The notes beneath the pieces are model-generated. The model was not told the DNA's origin and did not search any database. It saw only the letters and a program-made list of their open reading frames with translations. Shown here piece after piece: positions 12,825 to 26,149 of a stretch of 64,000 nucleotides of DNA. The position numbers and the translations under genes were made by a program. The stretch is from Octopus vulgaris (lineage: Eukaryota), in contig OX597817.1 in the NCBI GenBank assembly GCA_951406725.2, forward strand, positions 39,246,001 to 39,310,000, written 5' to 3'. Position 1 is the stretch's first letter. Every line of letters starts with the position of its first letter.

Positions 12825-14005
12825 CAAAATATGAGTTAGAGGTTATTCAACCATCTAAGGAATAATGTATCCGTTGACACTACTGGTCTATTACCTCACT
12901 AAGTATAGTTATAGTTATAAGGTATACAGTAGTTGGTGATCTAATGGTAAAACCGTGGTTTAATATATATAGAAAAGAAAAGAAATGGAGCAGTGATTAA
13001 CAATGAGAAGTTGATCATTGGTATTAAAAAAGTCATAGTTTAATTGTAGTTCAGAACCGTTTACAGCTGTTTCTGTTTATCAAATCAAAGTAAATTTGCA
13101 TTTATCTCGTTCAATTTAACAAACATCGTCAGAATGATTTAGAGAAATATAAATAGGAGAAAAGGGAAAAGGAAAAAGTTCGTTAAGACGTTAGGCTTAA
13201 ATTTTTTGTGACTATTTGGGTTCCAAGTGTGTGTACGTTTCTTCAATTTGCTGAATGGAGCAGTAAGTGGGAAGTGACAAGTTGACCGGCGGTGTAAGTC
13301 GAAGGAGATATACCTGGTGGAGATATTCGGTGTTGTTAATTGTAATACATAACGCTGTTTGTGACTGCTAGGTCAGTTCCTATGGTTACAAATAATGCCC
13401 TTGTTAAAAACTAAGGATGCTTCATGGGCTCTGTAAAGGAATGATAAAAAAAAGATAAAGAGTACATAAAAAATCAATAAAGATCAATTAAAATAAACTA
13501 ATACATAACGTGTTAAGTGTGTCGGCTATCTAGCTTTAAAGTGAATATATTATCGAGGATTATATGCCCTAATGTACAACGCAGAGTCTAAATAGTTTGG
13601 TTAATCTGGGTAATTTAATTTAAAATTGCGATGTGATGTTAAATTATGCTCTGTGGTAAGTGGGATGGTTCGGGGAGATAATAAGATGTTAGGTAGGTCA
13701 GCTAATAACCTGTAATGTGAGTATTAGCGATATTTTGAGAATAAGAATTTATCTTTATGCAAATATGTCATATTTCTCGTTTCGTTTACTAAGTAATTCT
13801 GATTTGGTCATTAAAATGAAGAATTTCTCATTTATGCATAAATTACAGCGATTATTATTAAGGTTTTAGGAAGATGCTTTGGCTAGGATACGCCATTCTA
13901 ATCTATAATTAATGTTGTTGTCTTTCAGTTCCCAGATCTAAATACTTAGTCTTGTAGGGTTCGCTTTACTTCTGTTTCTGAAACTTGAGCGATGGGAGTT
14001 ATTAC
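12825..14005 (-). mobile_element. Penelope-like retroelement 3' fragment (GIY-YIG C-terminus plus pLTR)
   Basis: Minus strand ~14003-13735 translates NSHRSSFRNRSKANPTRLSI*IWELKDNNINYRLEWRILAKASS*NLNNNRCNLCINEKFFIL, the typical PLE endonuclease C-terminus. An HHR lies downstream and the element ends at (TACA)n. Confidence 0.85.
13055..13139 (-). ncRNA. Type I hammerhead ribozyme, canonical core
   Basis: AAUCAUU-CUGACGA-[12-bp stem II UGUUUGUUAAAU/AUUUGAUAAACA]-GAAA-CAGCUG-UA-AACGGUU; palindromic stem III ACAGCUGU; stem I 6 of 7 paired. Confidence 0.85.
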
Positions 14006-14153
14006 AACTGGATTCAGGCTCTTGGTATTGACCACGTGTAATGATACTCTTCATATTGGGGCACCGGCTATATGATAATTGTAACTATCGCGACCAGGAT
14101 CCTTTTCACAAGTACTCTTCCTCTACTGTCGCTCTTGGGAAGAAGATGTAAGC

Positions 14154-14200
14154 AGATCCTGATGAGTAATTAAATAACAATGAAATCAATCGGTCTATCT
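14154..14200 (+). ncRNA. Minimal hammerhead-like motif
   Basis: AGAUC-CUGAUGA-GUAAUUAAAUAACAAU-GAAA-UCAAUCGG-UC-UAUCU; core intact, stem II weak. Confidence 0.55.
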
Positions 14201-15382
14201 TCATCACATAGTTGTCTTCTAGTTACAGGCCAGTCCCGATTGATCAGATCAATAACCAAAACTACAGAGTCATGATCATCCAGTCTTTTTTTTTTTCTGA
14301 TATAGTGCATCGAGGATCATATACTACATTTGATGGCATAAAAGACACATGGGCATATTAAACTCACCCCAATTTCAGGAGAGAATATTCAGGTAAAAAA
14401 AAAAGGCTTAAGCGTTAAAGCTTATGGGATGCCCAACTTCACATATAGGACCTGATGGGGATTTTTGAAACATTTTCCGGGGTAATAAAAGTGTGCTTTT
14501 TATATGATATCAAATAAAGTACTTTGTTTAATGTGTCCTTCCTTTTTTAAGACGATAAAATGTATCAAGAAGATTTGACTGTTATTTTCAATTCCTTGAG
14601 CGGTTACGCAGAGGCTACTTCCTCATTGGTTCGTAAATGTAGATGTCATTCCAATAGCTTATCATTTTTAGTAACTTCTTCCAAACACAAAAATGGGTAA
14701 TTCTAGTGTATGTACGAGGTAGAACGAAATTAGAAGATTCCGCTTTAAATAAATTGTTGTGTTTATTAAAGCTGCAATTTAGTTGAAGCTACATTTGTTT
14801 TATTTATTGAAATTACAATCCAGCTTCTTGGCATCGGTAGTTCAGACTTCTTCCGTAACGTATAATTATCTGAACTGAAAAATGTCTGTTGTATCCGGAA
14901 TGAAAACAGTTTACAACTTATCATTGTAATTGATGTTGTGATCTATATACAAGCTAGTTGAGAATTGCCAGACTGGTCTTATCTTGTCGGACAAGGTAGC
15001 TATTCATAGCAGTGATTTTACAACTTTCGTAAAGTAAGAAGATAAATTTGGTGTGCTGTGAAGCGAGGTGATATTCTGACGCTTTAGGGTAGAAAGTATC
15101 TTTGAAGAAATGAGAAGTGTGTTGTTAGAAGACAGTTGATTTAAGTTGAAGAGTGAAAAAAAACAACATACACACAAGTGAGAAGAAGTTGGGGGCGGTA
15201 TTAAGCGGGGAGGAGATCAACAACGAACGCAATGACAGGTAAAGAATAGTAAGATGGGGAAAGAAAGAAAAAAGTAAAACATTTGAAGAATATATATAAC
15301 GGGTTATGTTACGATTAAATTGCTCGAAGTCTGTGAGATAGCGTAATAATGAACGATCTCTTACATATGTTCTATATATGTA

Positions 15383-15617
15383 TTTATTTCTTTATTGCCC
15401 ACAAGGGGCTAAACATAGAGGGGACAAACAAGGACAGACAAACGGATTAAGTCGATTACATCGACCTCAGTGCATAACTGGTACTTAATTTATCAACCCC
15501 GAAAGGATGAAAGGCAAAGTGGACCTCGGCGGAATTTGAACTCAGAACGTAGCGGCAGACGAAATAACGCTAAGCATTTCGCCCGGCGTGCTAACGGTTC
15601 TGCCAGCTCGCCGCCTT
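15383..15617 (-). mobile_element. SINE family N, full length
   Basis: Near-consensus copy. Confidence 0.9.
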
Positions 15618-15887
15618 ATGTTTTATATATGTATAGATCACACGTTCAACGACACATAAACGTGTATGCAGACACGGTGGAGTTGGGGGGGAGGTCCGGT
15701 AAGGGTAGATGCCAATAAGAATTAGTGTTAGCATGCAATGAAATTAGTTAAATCATTTTCGAGTGTCCAAGCTTCTAAATTTACATGTTTAAATTTATAT
15801 CAATGTTAATAGATGGTATCGACCGTAAGCAATAACATGAAAAAATATACGTTATTTCTCTGTGAGAGCAACCGGTTTTATTTAGAG

Positions 15888-18800
15888 CAGGGGTGGGGAA
15901 ACCCCCGCCCACTGGTGCAATTGCACCCCCGAGCCCATTTTATTGCGCTCGCAGGATGATATTGTATGTACAAAATAAAGTAAATTTTTCAATTATGAAA
16001 TTTATACAATACTCGTATGCCCATTTGCGACATAGGTATCCACTACGACTTCAAACGGTCAGACTCGAACAGAAATCGTCCGGTAATTGCCATTTGGATG
16101 GACATTTTGTCTTCACTATAAAACACAGATTGTTAGGTTTGTACCACCTACATGAGACCCAACTACACTTTAGCTGAGAAAACTAAAAATATATTGCATG
16201 TATCGAAATAATTTTTATATGAAACGAAAGCTGAAGGGTTGTAGAGGTACTGTGTAAAAGTTATTCATATCCAAGAACCCCAAGTATTTAAATTTTCCTC
16301 CTTATTTCATTTGTCACGTCTTCATCCTCTCTTTGTCAATCGATAAGCAAAAAATATTTTAAAATCTATTAAAGATCAAAAACAAATTGGTAAAGCTTCA
16401 TCGAAACAGAAAATACTAAAAAGGCAGTGAAAAATAACGTTTTTCGAAAGGGGTGTCACATTTTTGCTGTCAGTCGGAGTCAAGAAAGTCAACAGGAGTT
16501 ATTTTCATCTGCCATCGGCTTATCAGTTATCGCCTTTCCTTATCCACTTGTCAACACCTGTGTGGAGGAGGGAAAGAGAAAAATCAAGTTAAACCTTGCA
16601 GAACCAAACAATATTTTAATTTTTTGCAGATTTTTATTTTTTACTATTTTTACAACACTGAACGCATGCATTACGACTACGAGCCAGTTGGCTTTTGTTT
16701 TTTCTAGGCAGCGGTAATAGCAAAAATTCCGAAAGTGATAATATAAATTTAACCGGTTTATAACTTTGTAGTGATGCCATTTTGGAAATCTTCGGCACGC
16801 ATGAGCAGAGTTTGGATTCTTCCGGGAGGCCTACCGGAAGTTCTCTCATGCGCATGCGCAGAAAACTAGCAGCAGCAAAATTTCCCGCGTATCGACCTCT
16901 CTCGAAGGCTGACAGTCGAACAGGACGATCGTGTTTTAACAGCTCTCTCAAACTGCTACATCGTGGCGTTGCTACACTATGCTTGAACGGACAGGATTTG
17001 GCTCACTCCACTTGACTACTGCGACGAGATCCTAAGCTGCCGATTCGCCCTGAAGAAGATCTATATATTGCGAATCCAGAAATAAAAATATTTATACTGT
17101 TGAAGTTATTAGAAGTCTTGGCTTTTCTTTCGATTAATAATTTAATGTAAGTGATGAGAGTTGCACCCCTCCAGTGTTACAGACCTTTAATCCTGTTACA
17201 ACTTTGTTAACGTTGTTAAATCAATTTGTCAATACACTTATCAATATGGCAAGTGGTTATAAAAACCCTATGAAAAGAACGTGCTTTGTTCGATGAAAAA
17301 TGGACTGAGCTATATTTTTTAATTGAAATAGATAACAAGTACATTTGTCTTATCTGCTACGAACAAGTAGCCGTTCATAGAAAATATAATATAGAGGGGC
17401 ATTTTGAGAGTAAGCATAAGACCTATGAAAATTTGAAAGAATCTGAACGTTTAGACAAGCTAGCCTCCTTGAAAGTAAATCTGATCAAAAGGCAAACTTT
17501 TTTTTGAAGGCCGATTCTTGAAAGTGGATCAGTTACTCGAGCTAATTATGCGATATGCAAAAATATTGCTAAAAAATCTCAAGCGGCGTAGCGATGATGA
17601 ATTCGTGACAGAATGTATCCTTACTGGTGTTGAGAATATATGCCCAGAAAAAAATTAATTTGTTTGGAAAATTTAGCTTATCAAGAAGAACTGTTTCTGA
17701 TCGTATTAAATATATTGCTAATGACATTCAAAATTCTCATACATCTGATTCAGCAGAATTCGTATTGTATTCATTAGCTATAGATGAGACAACTGACCTG
17801 TCTAATACTGCTCAGATGGCAATATTTATACATTGAATAACTGCAACATTCAACATTCGGGAAAATTTCCTTGAAAGATTTTGATTTACTATATGAAAAA
17901 ATGAGTGGTCTTGCTCCATCTACGGTAGGTCGTGAAAAAGGGTTCGTAGCTCTGATTAAGAATGAATTTAAGAAGCGTCTTTTGGATCTGGAAACTTTAA
18001 TTGTGTGTCACTGCTTTATTCGTATGGAAAGTTTATGTGCAAAATCTCTCAAAATGGGCAATGTAATGATAATTGTAACTAAGGCCGTTAATTTGATAAA
18101 AAGCAAAGGGTTGAATAGTAGGGAATTTAAAGAATTTTTGAAAGATCTTGAAACCAATTATGGGGATTTATTGTACCATTGTGAAGTTATGTGATTAGGT
18201 AAGGCCCAAATGCTTAAGCGATATTATGAACTGAAGGAAGAAGTGGAACATTTTTATGGATATTAAAGGTGTTCCTATTATAGAACTGGAAGATAAAAAG
18301 TTTCAAGGTGATTTAACATTTATAGTAGATATAACTAGTCATTTAAATAATTTGAACTTGAAACTACCAGGCTCCAGTCAGCTAATAACCAGTTTGCTTT
18401 CTCATATGAAAAGCTTTGAATCGATGCTTCATTTATTTGTCACACAATTGAAAAGAAAGTGCTTCACACATTTTCCGAGAATCCTGAATCAACAAAGGAA
18501 TATTTTGACGAGTGTGAAAGTCTTTTAAAGAAATTTGAAAGTAAATTTTAAAAAATACAAGATAAAATCCAATTTACGTGTTTTTGAAACACCTTTTGAT
18601 ACGTGTCCTGAAGAGGATCCGGATTCTTTACAATTAGAATTAATTGATTTGCAGCCGGATAACTTATTAAAATCGAAATGTAATAATCTGTCTTTATTTG
18701 ACTTCTACAGACCCATCACACCTGAGAAATTTCCTGCTTTACATAAAACGCCTTGAAATTCATGTCTCAATTTTCGACAATTTATCAATGTGGGTAGTTT

Positions 18801-19369
18801 TTTGCCAAATTGAATTATGCAAGCAACGTTTTCGTACCAGACTTACAAACGAAAACCTGAGTAATGAACTAAGAATAGCTGTTTCTTCAAAGGCGTGATA
18901 TTCCTAAACTTTCAAAAGGAGACGAAAAAAAAAAAAAAAATAATAACTGTTTCATCCTTCTCATTAAACAAAGCCAAATTTTAAAATTAAGGTTAATTAG
19001 CTTCGATAAAATTATCACTAGGGTAGATTTGTTTAAATATGTCGTTTACATATATTATTAAGGTATTAATGTAATTTTTTCAAAATTAAATTCGGTCTGT
19101 GCTTGACTGTTATGATTTCTTCAACATTAGGATAAATACATTTTGAAAAATATAGAATACCTCATAAGTAATATAAACGTCCTAAATTCAGTGGCGGCGT
19201 GAATGAAGATGTTACGTGTTAATTTAATGGTTAAACTTATCTTTATTAATGTATATCGGATTACACATAGATATATACAAGATTTACACAGTCAGTATTT
19301 TTGATCCGCCTGCGAACCTTTTTCTCGGGAAATTTTTGCCCGCTGCGCTAAAAAGTTTCCTCATCCCTG
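15888..19369 (+). mobile_element. Complete but decayed hAT transposon (Charlie/Buster/SPIN type)
   Basis: TIRs CAGGGGTGGGGAAAC / GTTTCCTCATCCCTG; perfect 8-bp TSD ATTTAGAG (15880-15887 and 19370-19377) of the NNNTANNN type. Confidence 0.92.
17246..18900 (+). pseudogene. Frameshifted hAT transposase (GTF2IRD2/SPIN-like)
   Basis: BED finger CLICYEQVAVHRKYNIEGHFESKH, SLSRRTVSDRI, YSLAIDETTDLSNTAQMAIF, HCFIRMESLC, YGDLLYHCEV, LQLELIDLQ and RTRLTNENL, spread across stops and frameshifts. Confidence 0.92.
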
Positions 19370-19804
19370 ATTTAGAGGCTGCGAGGTTTGGAAGAAGTTG
19401 GTTAAAATTTGCAATGTATGTGTGGCACTCTAAGACAGAAAAGCAGTTATAATTATAAGAGCTTTATCGTTCACTCAATTTATTCAACTTAATTTACCTT
19501 CAAATCAAGTAAATCGTTCACTTAATTTAAATCAACTTAATTTACCTTCAAATCTCTGAAATTAAGTGCTTGCCATCGGTTGTTTTATTACTCAGATAGT
19601 CAGTAACTCAGCCAACAAACAGAGGTGTCTTTCACAGAAACTTCAAATGCTGGAAGTTGAGCTTTCAAGGAATTAGAGTCAACGTAATCGGCGTAATGTT
19701 CTGATGCGTTCTGTTCTCTTTATCGAAACAGTTGTTTCGAGCTATGAACGTACCTTGTAAATGCTTGATCAAAGCGTGGGTGGAAAGAAGAGATTATTGT
19801 ATCA

Positions 19805-20120
19805 GTTTTTTCGTCGCCCTTTTCAAGCCTAGCCAGGCTCATGGGCCCGGTTTCTCGGTTTCTGTGGCGTATGTGTTCCCCCCCCCCAGCTGGACGGGAC
19901 GCCTGTCCATCGCAGTGTTACTCAAGAAACAGGAAGAGAGAGTGAGAGAAAGTTGTGGCGAAAGAGTACAACAGGGGTCGCCACCATCGCCTGCCGGAGC
20001 CTCGTGGAACTGTTAGGTGTTTTCGCTCAATAAACACACACAACGCCCGTCTGGGAATCGAAACCGCGATCCTCCGACCGCGAGTCCGCTGTCCTAACCA
20101 CTGGGCCATTGCGCCTCCAC
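19805..20120 (-). mobile_element. SINE family R
   Basis: Inverted near-identical copy of 3519-3829. Confidence 0.9.
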
Positions 20121-20125
20121 AAATT

Positions 20126-20204
20126 GTATCAGTGGTCTCAGTGGACTGTGTATCAGTGGTCTCAGTGTATCAGTGTATCAGTGGTCTCAGTGTATCAGTG
20201 GACC
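20126..20204. repeat. Minisatellite of GTATCAGT/GGTCTCAGT units
   Basis: Directly visible, next to the SINE 5' end. Confidence 0.85.
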
Positions 20205-20275
20205 ACTATTGATAATTCTGGTCTCAAAATATTCATGAGTATAATGGCACCGTACTCGCCATGGAAAAGCACCTT

Positions 20276-20436
20276 CAGTTGTATAGCTAGAAGGGAAGAG
20301 CGAGGTGAGGCTGCCTGCCTTGGGCGACATTTTTAGGGGGTGGCACCTGTGGATTTGCAGTATAAACCTGTATAAGGGGCAGGGGCGGCACAGTCATGGG
20401 TTGCCATGGACGGCACACACTCTAGCTACGCCACTG
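20276..20436. mobile_element. Short hAT-type MITE
   Basis: TIRs CAGTTGTATAGCTAGA / TCTAGCTACGCCACTG; imperfect 8-bp TSD AGCACCTT/TGTACCTT. Confidence 0.65.
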
Positions 20437-20870
20437 TGTACCTTCTCTAATTCCTATTTTAATTTTTCAAAAATTATTTCACTTCCATAGTACTACAAGT
20501 TCGGTGGCGATATGGTGTGTCTCTACCTAAAATACAAATGAATCTCCATTCCTCAGGTCTTTGAAAACTAGTTTAGTAATTTCAGCCATTTTTTGTCCAT
20601 CCGCTGACAACATTTTAGATACTTGCAGTGGTTTTGAATGTCTGTCTGTACGCGTGTTCAAGTCCTAGCCTAGATTTAACCCAAAGAAGAAATTAAACGT
20701 TTTGAGCTCTACATTCGATAAGAAGATTCCGAGCATGATCATCCGATTATAACAGTACTATTGCACAAGACTGAATAATTACCAAAAATTCATGAAAAGC
20801 AAATAGCGGGTACTGTCCACTTGATTGTATAAGATATCATCGTACATAGGTTTGCTTTCAGATCCTACCG

Positions 20871-20873
20871 TTT

Positions 20874-20932
<59 letters not shown>

Positions 20933-20933
20933 G

Positions 20934-20992
<59 letters not shown>

Positions 20993-21024
20993 CTCCCTCT
21001 TTCTTTCTTCCTTTCTTTCTTTCT
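20871..21024. repeat. (TTTC)n microsatellite
   Basis: Directly visible. Confidence 0.97.
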
Positions 21025-21099
21025 CTCAGGTAGTACCTTACATTGTATTGTAGATTCCTTCAGAACTAGACTTGAAGAATCTGCTTGACAATGTGTTGC

Positions 21100-21880
21100 T
21101 AAAGATTTCGGTTGAAGCTTTCCCAAACTCTTGGCCAATCCACATATGTTAAGCATGTTGCTCGCTGCTTCAAAGCACGCCTTTTACATGCATAAATGTT
21201 GTTGCAAATTTCTGAATGCACATATGATAACTGAAAATATTGCTGAAGATTTAAAATCTGGTAAGCAATAAAAACTTTGAAAGCGTTTGTTGATCCAAAG
21301 AACAGACGAAAGCAAAACCTTTTTCTGTTTTTGGATGCATTAGCATATTTGTTGTAATAAGTGGGGGAAAATTGCTTAATTCTCAGCGTACATCTCCCAT
21401 AATAAATTCAGCCATTACAGAACAGAACTCATTTTATACATCGTGGTTCAGCTTTGTTGAATCACTCCAGAAGACCAGAATCATCTTTCCCTTTCAATCA
21501 TTCTACGTGATTCTTCATCATATCCTTGTTTGGATATTCTTTGTTGACAAAGGAAGCGCAAACACTCAAACATTTCTATTATGCAAATGTTTTCTTGCAG
21601 GTTCATCCAACAATTCTCTGGCGTTATTACATTTAGTAAACAGTGTTTCCAGTTCAATAAATAGCAGCGCAGTAGCATTTAGAGAATCGATGTTTCAGAA
21701 AGCACCGAAGAGCTTTCCCAATTATAAAACCAGTCTATTAAAACCTCATTTCCTTTACATCTAGCATGCTGTAGTTTTGAATTCTCTTTATACTTTGCAT
21801 CGATAAAAACAATAAGCACAATCATAGGTTTAGTCGTAATGAACGAAGCCAATCTGCTTGAAAACAACTGTTTCTAGTTG
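21100..21880 (-). pseudogene. Decayed hAT transposase fragment (ZMYM1/Tip100-like)
   Basis: Peptides WFYNWESS and IIEMFECLRFLCQQRISKQGYDEES resemble the GF.NWK and L.FL..Q....RGHDE motifs. Confidence 0.55.
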
Positions 21881-22109
21881 CCAGATAAGTAACAGCAAAC
21901 GGCGTCACCTGAACACAAACACACATATACATCCCTAAATACATGTAGGCACGCATGTAAACTCATACACAAATACATACACACGCTTACACACAGAGTG
22001 ACACGCCGACACACGCACATTTAATGAGTCGTAGACCACTCTGAATAAATAAATGCCTCGTTTAAATTAATGAAGACGTAGTGTGTTGTTTGGTTTATGT
22101 GCGTCTAGT

Positions 22110-22153
<44 letters not shown>

Positions 22154-23294
22154 TCGATCGTCTGCTGTAAAATCTTGGCTTCTCCTCTCGTAAAGTCCCG
22201 AATGAATGACTGAATAGATAAATGTTGCTCTGAAGCCATTGATGAGGTGACTCGCTCCGGTGAAGAGAGTCGCAAGCCAGTTAAATGAACTGTCAATGAA
22301 ATTAAGGGTACGCTACATAATTTAATTCCTTCTTACAAATTTCGTATATAGTCAAGAAGAATCAATATTTATTTATCTTTCACAATGAATTAATTCTTAT
22401 TCAAATAACAGATGAGCACAGTGGAATAGACAAAAAAGACACTTATCCAACTGAGACTCAGTTTGGCTCGATTCGCTGTTGTAATTAAATCAATGAACTA
22501 CGAATTGCGAAACCAGTAATGAAGGCCGGAGATACTCCCGACGTCACAAGATTTGGGTTGACTCGGGGCTATAGAAAATGACACTTGCCTAAGATTCCAC
22601 GCACGGTAATTGCGAAGTGAAAGTTGTAGATTGCTGAGGTGGTAGAAATAATGGCCGATTAACAGAAGAATCACCGTTTCGTATTCTCACAACAGTATTG
22701 TGTGTCGTGTCCACAGCCAAGATAGTTTGCCTCAAGGTCTTGATTTACCAAACAGTAAATAAGCGACAAATGCTTAACTGCAGAAAGCAGCAGCGACACC
22801 GAAAAATTGATGCGTGTTTCGTTAATTTCTGGGGCTGCCAGTGACTATGGCTGTTAGCGGTGTTGTGTTCCAATGGGTGTATTCATATGTCTACAAATAC
22901 AAAAGCCTTACCTGTTGACTTCGGCGGAATGAGCGATCACTCTCAAGAAATTTGCTCGCTGTCTGCTCGAACTGACCACACATGTTTCCTGCCCACGCAT
23001 GCCCCGTGACTGTGCCACAGACCCCTGCAGTCTTAACTTCCGTCTACCTCATCTGCAATCCACTCCACCAACACCACATAGCTCATCACAGCCCATAATA
23101 CCAGTAACACCACATGTAGCATGGCATTGTCCACATCTCTATACATGATGATGAAGTATTTTTCTTTCCTTCTTTTTTAGAAACCCGAAATACCCCTTAG
23201 TATAGTATTCATCTCCTTGTACTAAAATGCTTTAAGTGAGCCGACTTTGTGACTCGATCTTGATTCCCTTTCACCATACTTAACCACACCATTG

Positions 23295-23550
23295 TCATGG
23301 TGCGTGGTATAATGGTTAGGGTGTTACACTCACGATTGTAAGATTGCGATTTCGATTCCTGGACCAGGCAATGTGTTTGTTCTTGAGCAAAACACCACTG
23401 CACCAGTCCACTCATCAGAAACGAGTTCCAGCAATGGTAGGGAAATTAAGCCAGCATCTCGTTCAGTGGAGAGTGTTGTAACCTCGGTCACTTATAGGCC
23501 ATGGAAACTGGGGTTTAAGCTTCGATCTTATGAGTCCTAGGGTTGAAGAC
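23295..23550 (+). mobile_element. SINE, family M-type head, diverged
   Basis: TGGTATAATGGTTAG...TTTCGATTCC...GTTCTTGAGCAAAACAC...CCAGTCCACTCA. Confidence 0.7.
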
Positions 23551-23697
23551 AAATCCAGGCTGAGGTGATCACTTCACTTCCTTTTCTTTTAGGTTCCAAC
23601 ATCATTGAAAACGGCAAAAACGATGTTGGTACCAAATGAACATCTTCGACTATTAATTAATTGATACCACTGTTTTCAAGTAAGACTGATATCGATA

Positions 23698-24007
23698 CTT
23701 CGTCGGTTGCGACGACAAGTGTTCTAGATGATCCGACCAATCTGCTCGTGAAGTTAACGTTCAAGTGGCTGAGCACTCCACAGATACGCGTACCTTTAAC
23801 GTAGTTATCAAGGAAATTCAGCGTGACACAGAATGTGACAAGGCCGGCCCTTTGAAATGTAGGTACTACTCATTTTTGTCGGATGAGTGGATTGGAGCAA
23901 CAAGAAATAAAGTATCTTGCTCAAGGACACAACGCGTCGCCAGGAATCGAACTCACGATCTTACAAATGTGAGCCGAATACTTTAACCATCAAGCCACGG
24001 GCCTCCA
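23698..24007 (-). mobile_element. SINE, family M head plus tail Y
   Basis: tRNA-like head at 24007-23930; the tail at 23698-23865 matches 59620-59790. Confidence 0.8.
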
Positions 24008-25629
24008 AGTAAGACTGATATCTCAGTTACTCATGACAGTGAAATATGACATAGACACAGCGCTGCGTATTGATAAAGGAGGGGAAATAAAAGTCTCTAG
24101 GTCTTCACGCCATGCTCATGGACGCTAGTAGCATAACATGAATTGATCTCAAACAATAAAAATAAGACTGCATTAAAGACTTGACTAGCTAAGAGCTCAT
24201 TCTTGATTTTCAGCGCCAGCAACGAGACAAGACAGTTTTTAAATATTAATAATATCTAATCACTCGACAATTCTAGAAAAAGACGAAAAAAGTGTTTCCG
24301 ATGATAGTGACATAATTAAAACTATGAACTCAAATCAGGTATCGAAAACTGATCATGAGTTTGTCTTGCCGGAAGCACACTTCTTGTCCAACAAAGTTTG
24401 CAAACCTGCGTTCAACTGCGTTCATAAAGCTTGTCTGGGAAAAAAATAACCAAAGAAAAACAAACAATAAAACTCCCAAGACAACAGCATTACAATTAAA
24501 CTGAAAACTGCTTTTTGATGGAAGCATCTGTTTGACGACTTGCTACGATATTGATTATTATATCTGTTATAAAGGAGAGTCAGTTCATTATGTTATCTAG
24601 CAACCAAGAGAGCACTTTCAGATCACTCTCTCTTCCTGATAGAGAAAGCTATGTCACACAGACCTCACTCACTCTACAGCCGTTGTTGATATTGATGGGA
24701 ATTCTAGAATCTCTCGTGGTTTCAATCGCCCCCATATTTAACTGGTCTCAAGAATAAACGTTTCGTGATTCAAAACAATATATTTAACCTGTGTAGATCG
24801 AATGATGAAGACAAATGTGTTTAGACAGTTTGAAAATATGCCACATTTCTGTAAAATAAATACTATTACACAGCATGTTCAATAGGTTATAACATTTCAA
24901 CCAACGGATTATGTATGTATGTATGTATGTATGTATGTATGTATGTATGTATGTATGTATGTATGTATGTATGTATGTGTGTGTGTGTGTAGGTGTATAT
25001 ATGTGAGTGTATGCCTGTCTATATGTGTGTGTTTGTTTGAAGAGAGATATTTCTGTGGAAAAAAATCAAAAACAAATTAATAATATTAAAATAAAATTCA
25101 ACAGAGAAAAAGTCTTCCTCTCTCTCTCTCCGTCCGTTTCTCTCTCTCCCCTCCCGTTCTCTCCCTACTCTCTCTCTCCCCACTCTCTCTCTCCCTAAAA
25201 AAAACAAAACAAAGACAATAGAAAATGGGAAAAAAATTCTCTGGCGAATCATGGTATTTACCCAATCGATCGATTGACTGCATTGCAAATACTGCCATTG
25301 ATTCTACTCCGAACATTCACCTCCTGTTTTCCCCCCAATTCAATATCGGTTAGATGTATCATATGTGAGTGTGTGTGCGTGCGCGTGATGTCATTGAAAC
25401 CAGGCGTAATGAATGATGCTTGCTGTGTTAGTTATTAACATCAATTGTTTGTTGCTGGTTGTTATTGCCAGCAAAACTAACATTTATTCCACTCAATCAG
25501 ATTAAAACAAAAAAAATATTGTTCAGGAAATTGCTGAGGCCAGGTTTGAAGCCATCAGCAGAAAAAAGATCGGGAAAGTACAAATGATGAGGATTCGCAG
25601 TATGGACTCTACATAAAAACCAACAACAT

Positions 25630-25935
25630 ATCACCATCATTGTTTTAACGTCCACTTTTTCCATGCTTGCATGGGTTAGGCGGAATTTTTAGAGACGGTT
25701 TTTCTACGACCGGATATTCTTCCTGACGCTAACCCTCACCTCTTTGCAAGCAAGGTATGACAGCGATGCTCGTTTACAACCACGATATGATACACACTCA
25801 CACACCCGACGGACTATCAGATCCATTCCCCAAACCCTGGGACTATAATGGAAGACTCTCGAGCAAGGTGCCATACACTGGGATTGAACCCGAGAGCACA
25901 TGGTTGAAAAACAAGCTTCTTAACCCCAGAGCTAC
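25630..25935 (-). mobile_element. Retroposon fragments (tail shared with 42100-42330, plus a diverged family K head)
   Basis: TTTTCCATGCT.GCATGGGTT.G.CGG...GGAT..CTTCCT.A.GC.AACC is shared with 42105-42330. Confidence 0.55.
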
Positions 25936-26046
25936 ACCTACTAGCACGCACACTCACCATTAAGCATCAATAAAACTAATTACTAACAAAATGTCTTATC
26001 ACTATGAAACAATACACACACGCACACACACACACACGCGCGCGCG

Positions 26047-26149
<103 letters not shown>

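Noticed and set aside
17050-17085. CTGAAGA...GAAA
   Set aside because: Stems I-III do not form.
20126-20204. CRISPR-like periodicity
   Set aside because: 8-9-bp units without unique spacers, in a eukaryotic context.
25245-25305. Possible miRNA hairpin (AATACTG seed-like)
   Set aside because: Pairing too imperfect and no match to a miRNA I recognise.
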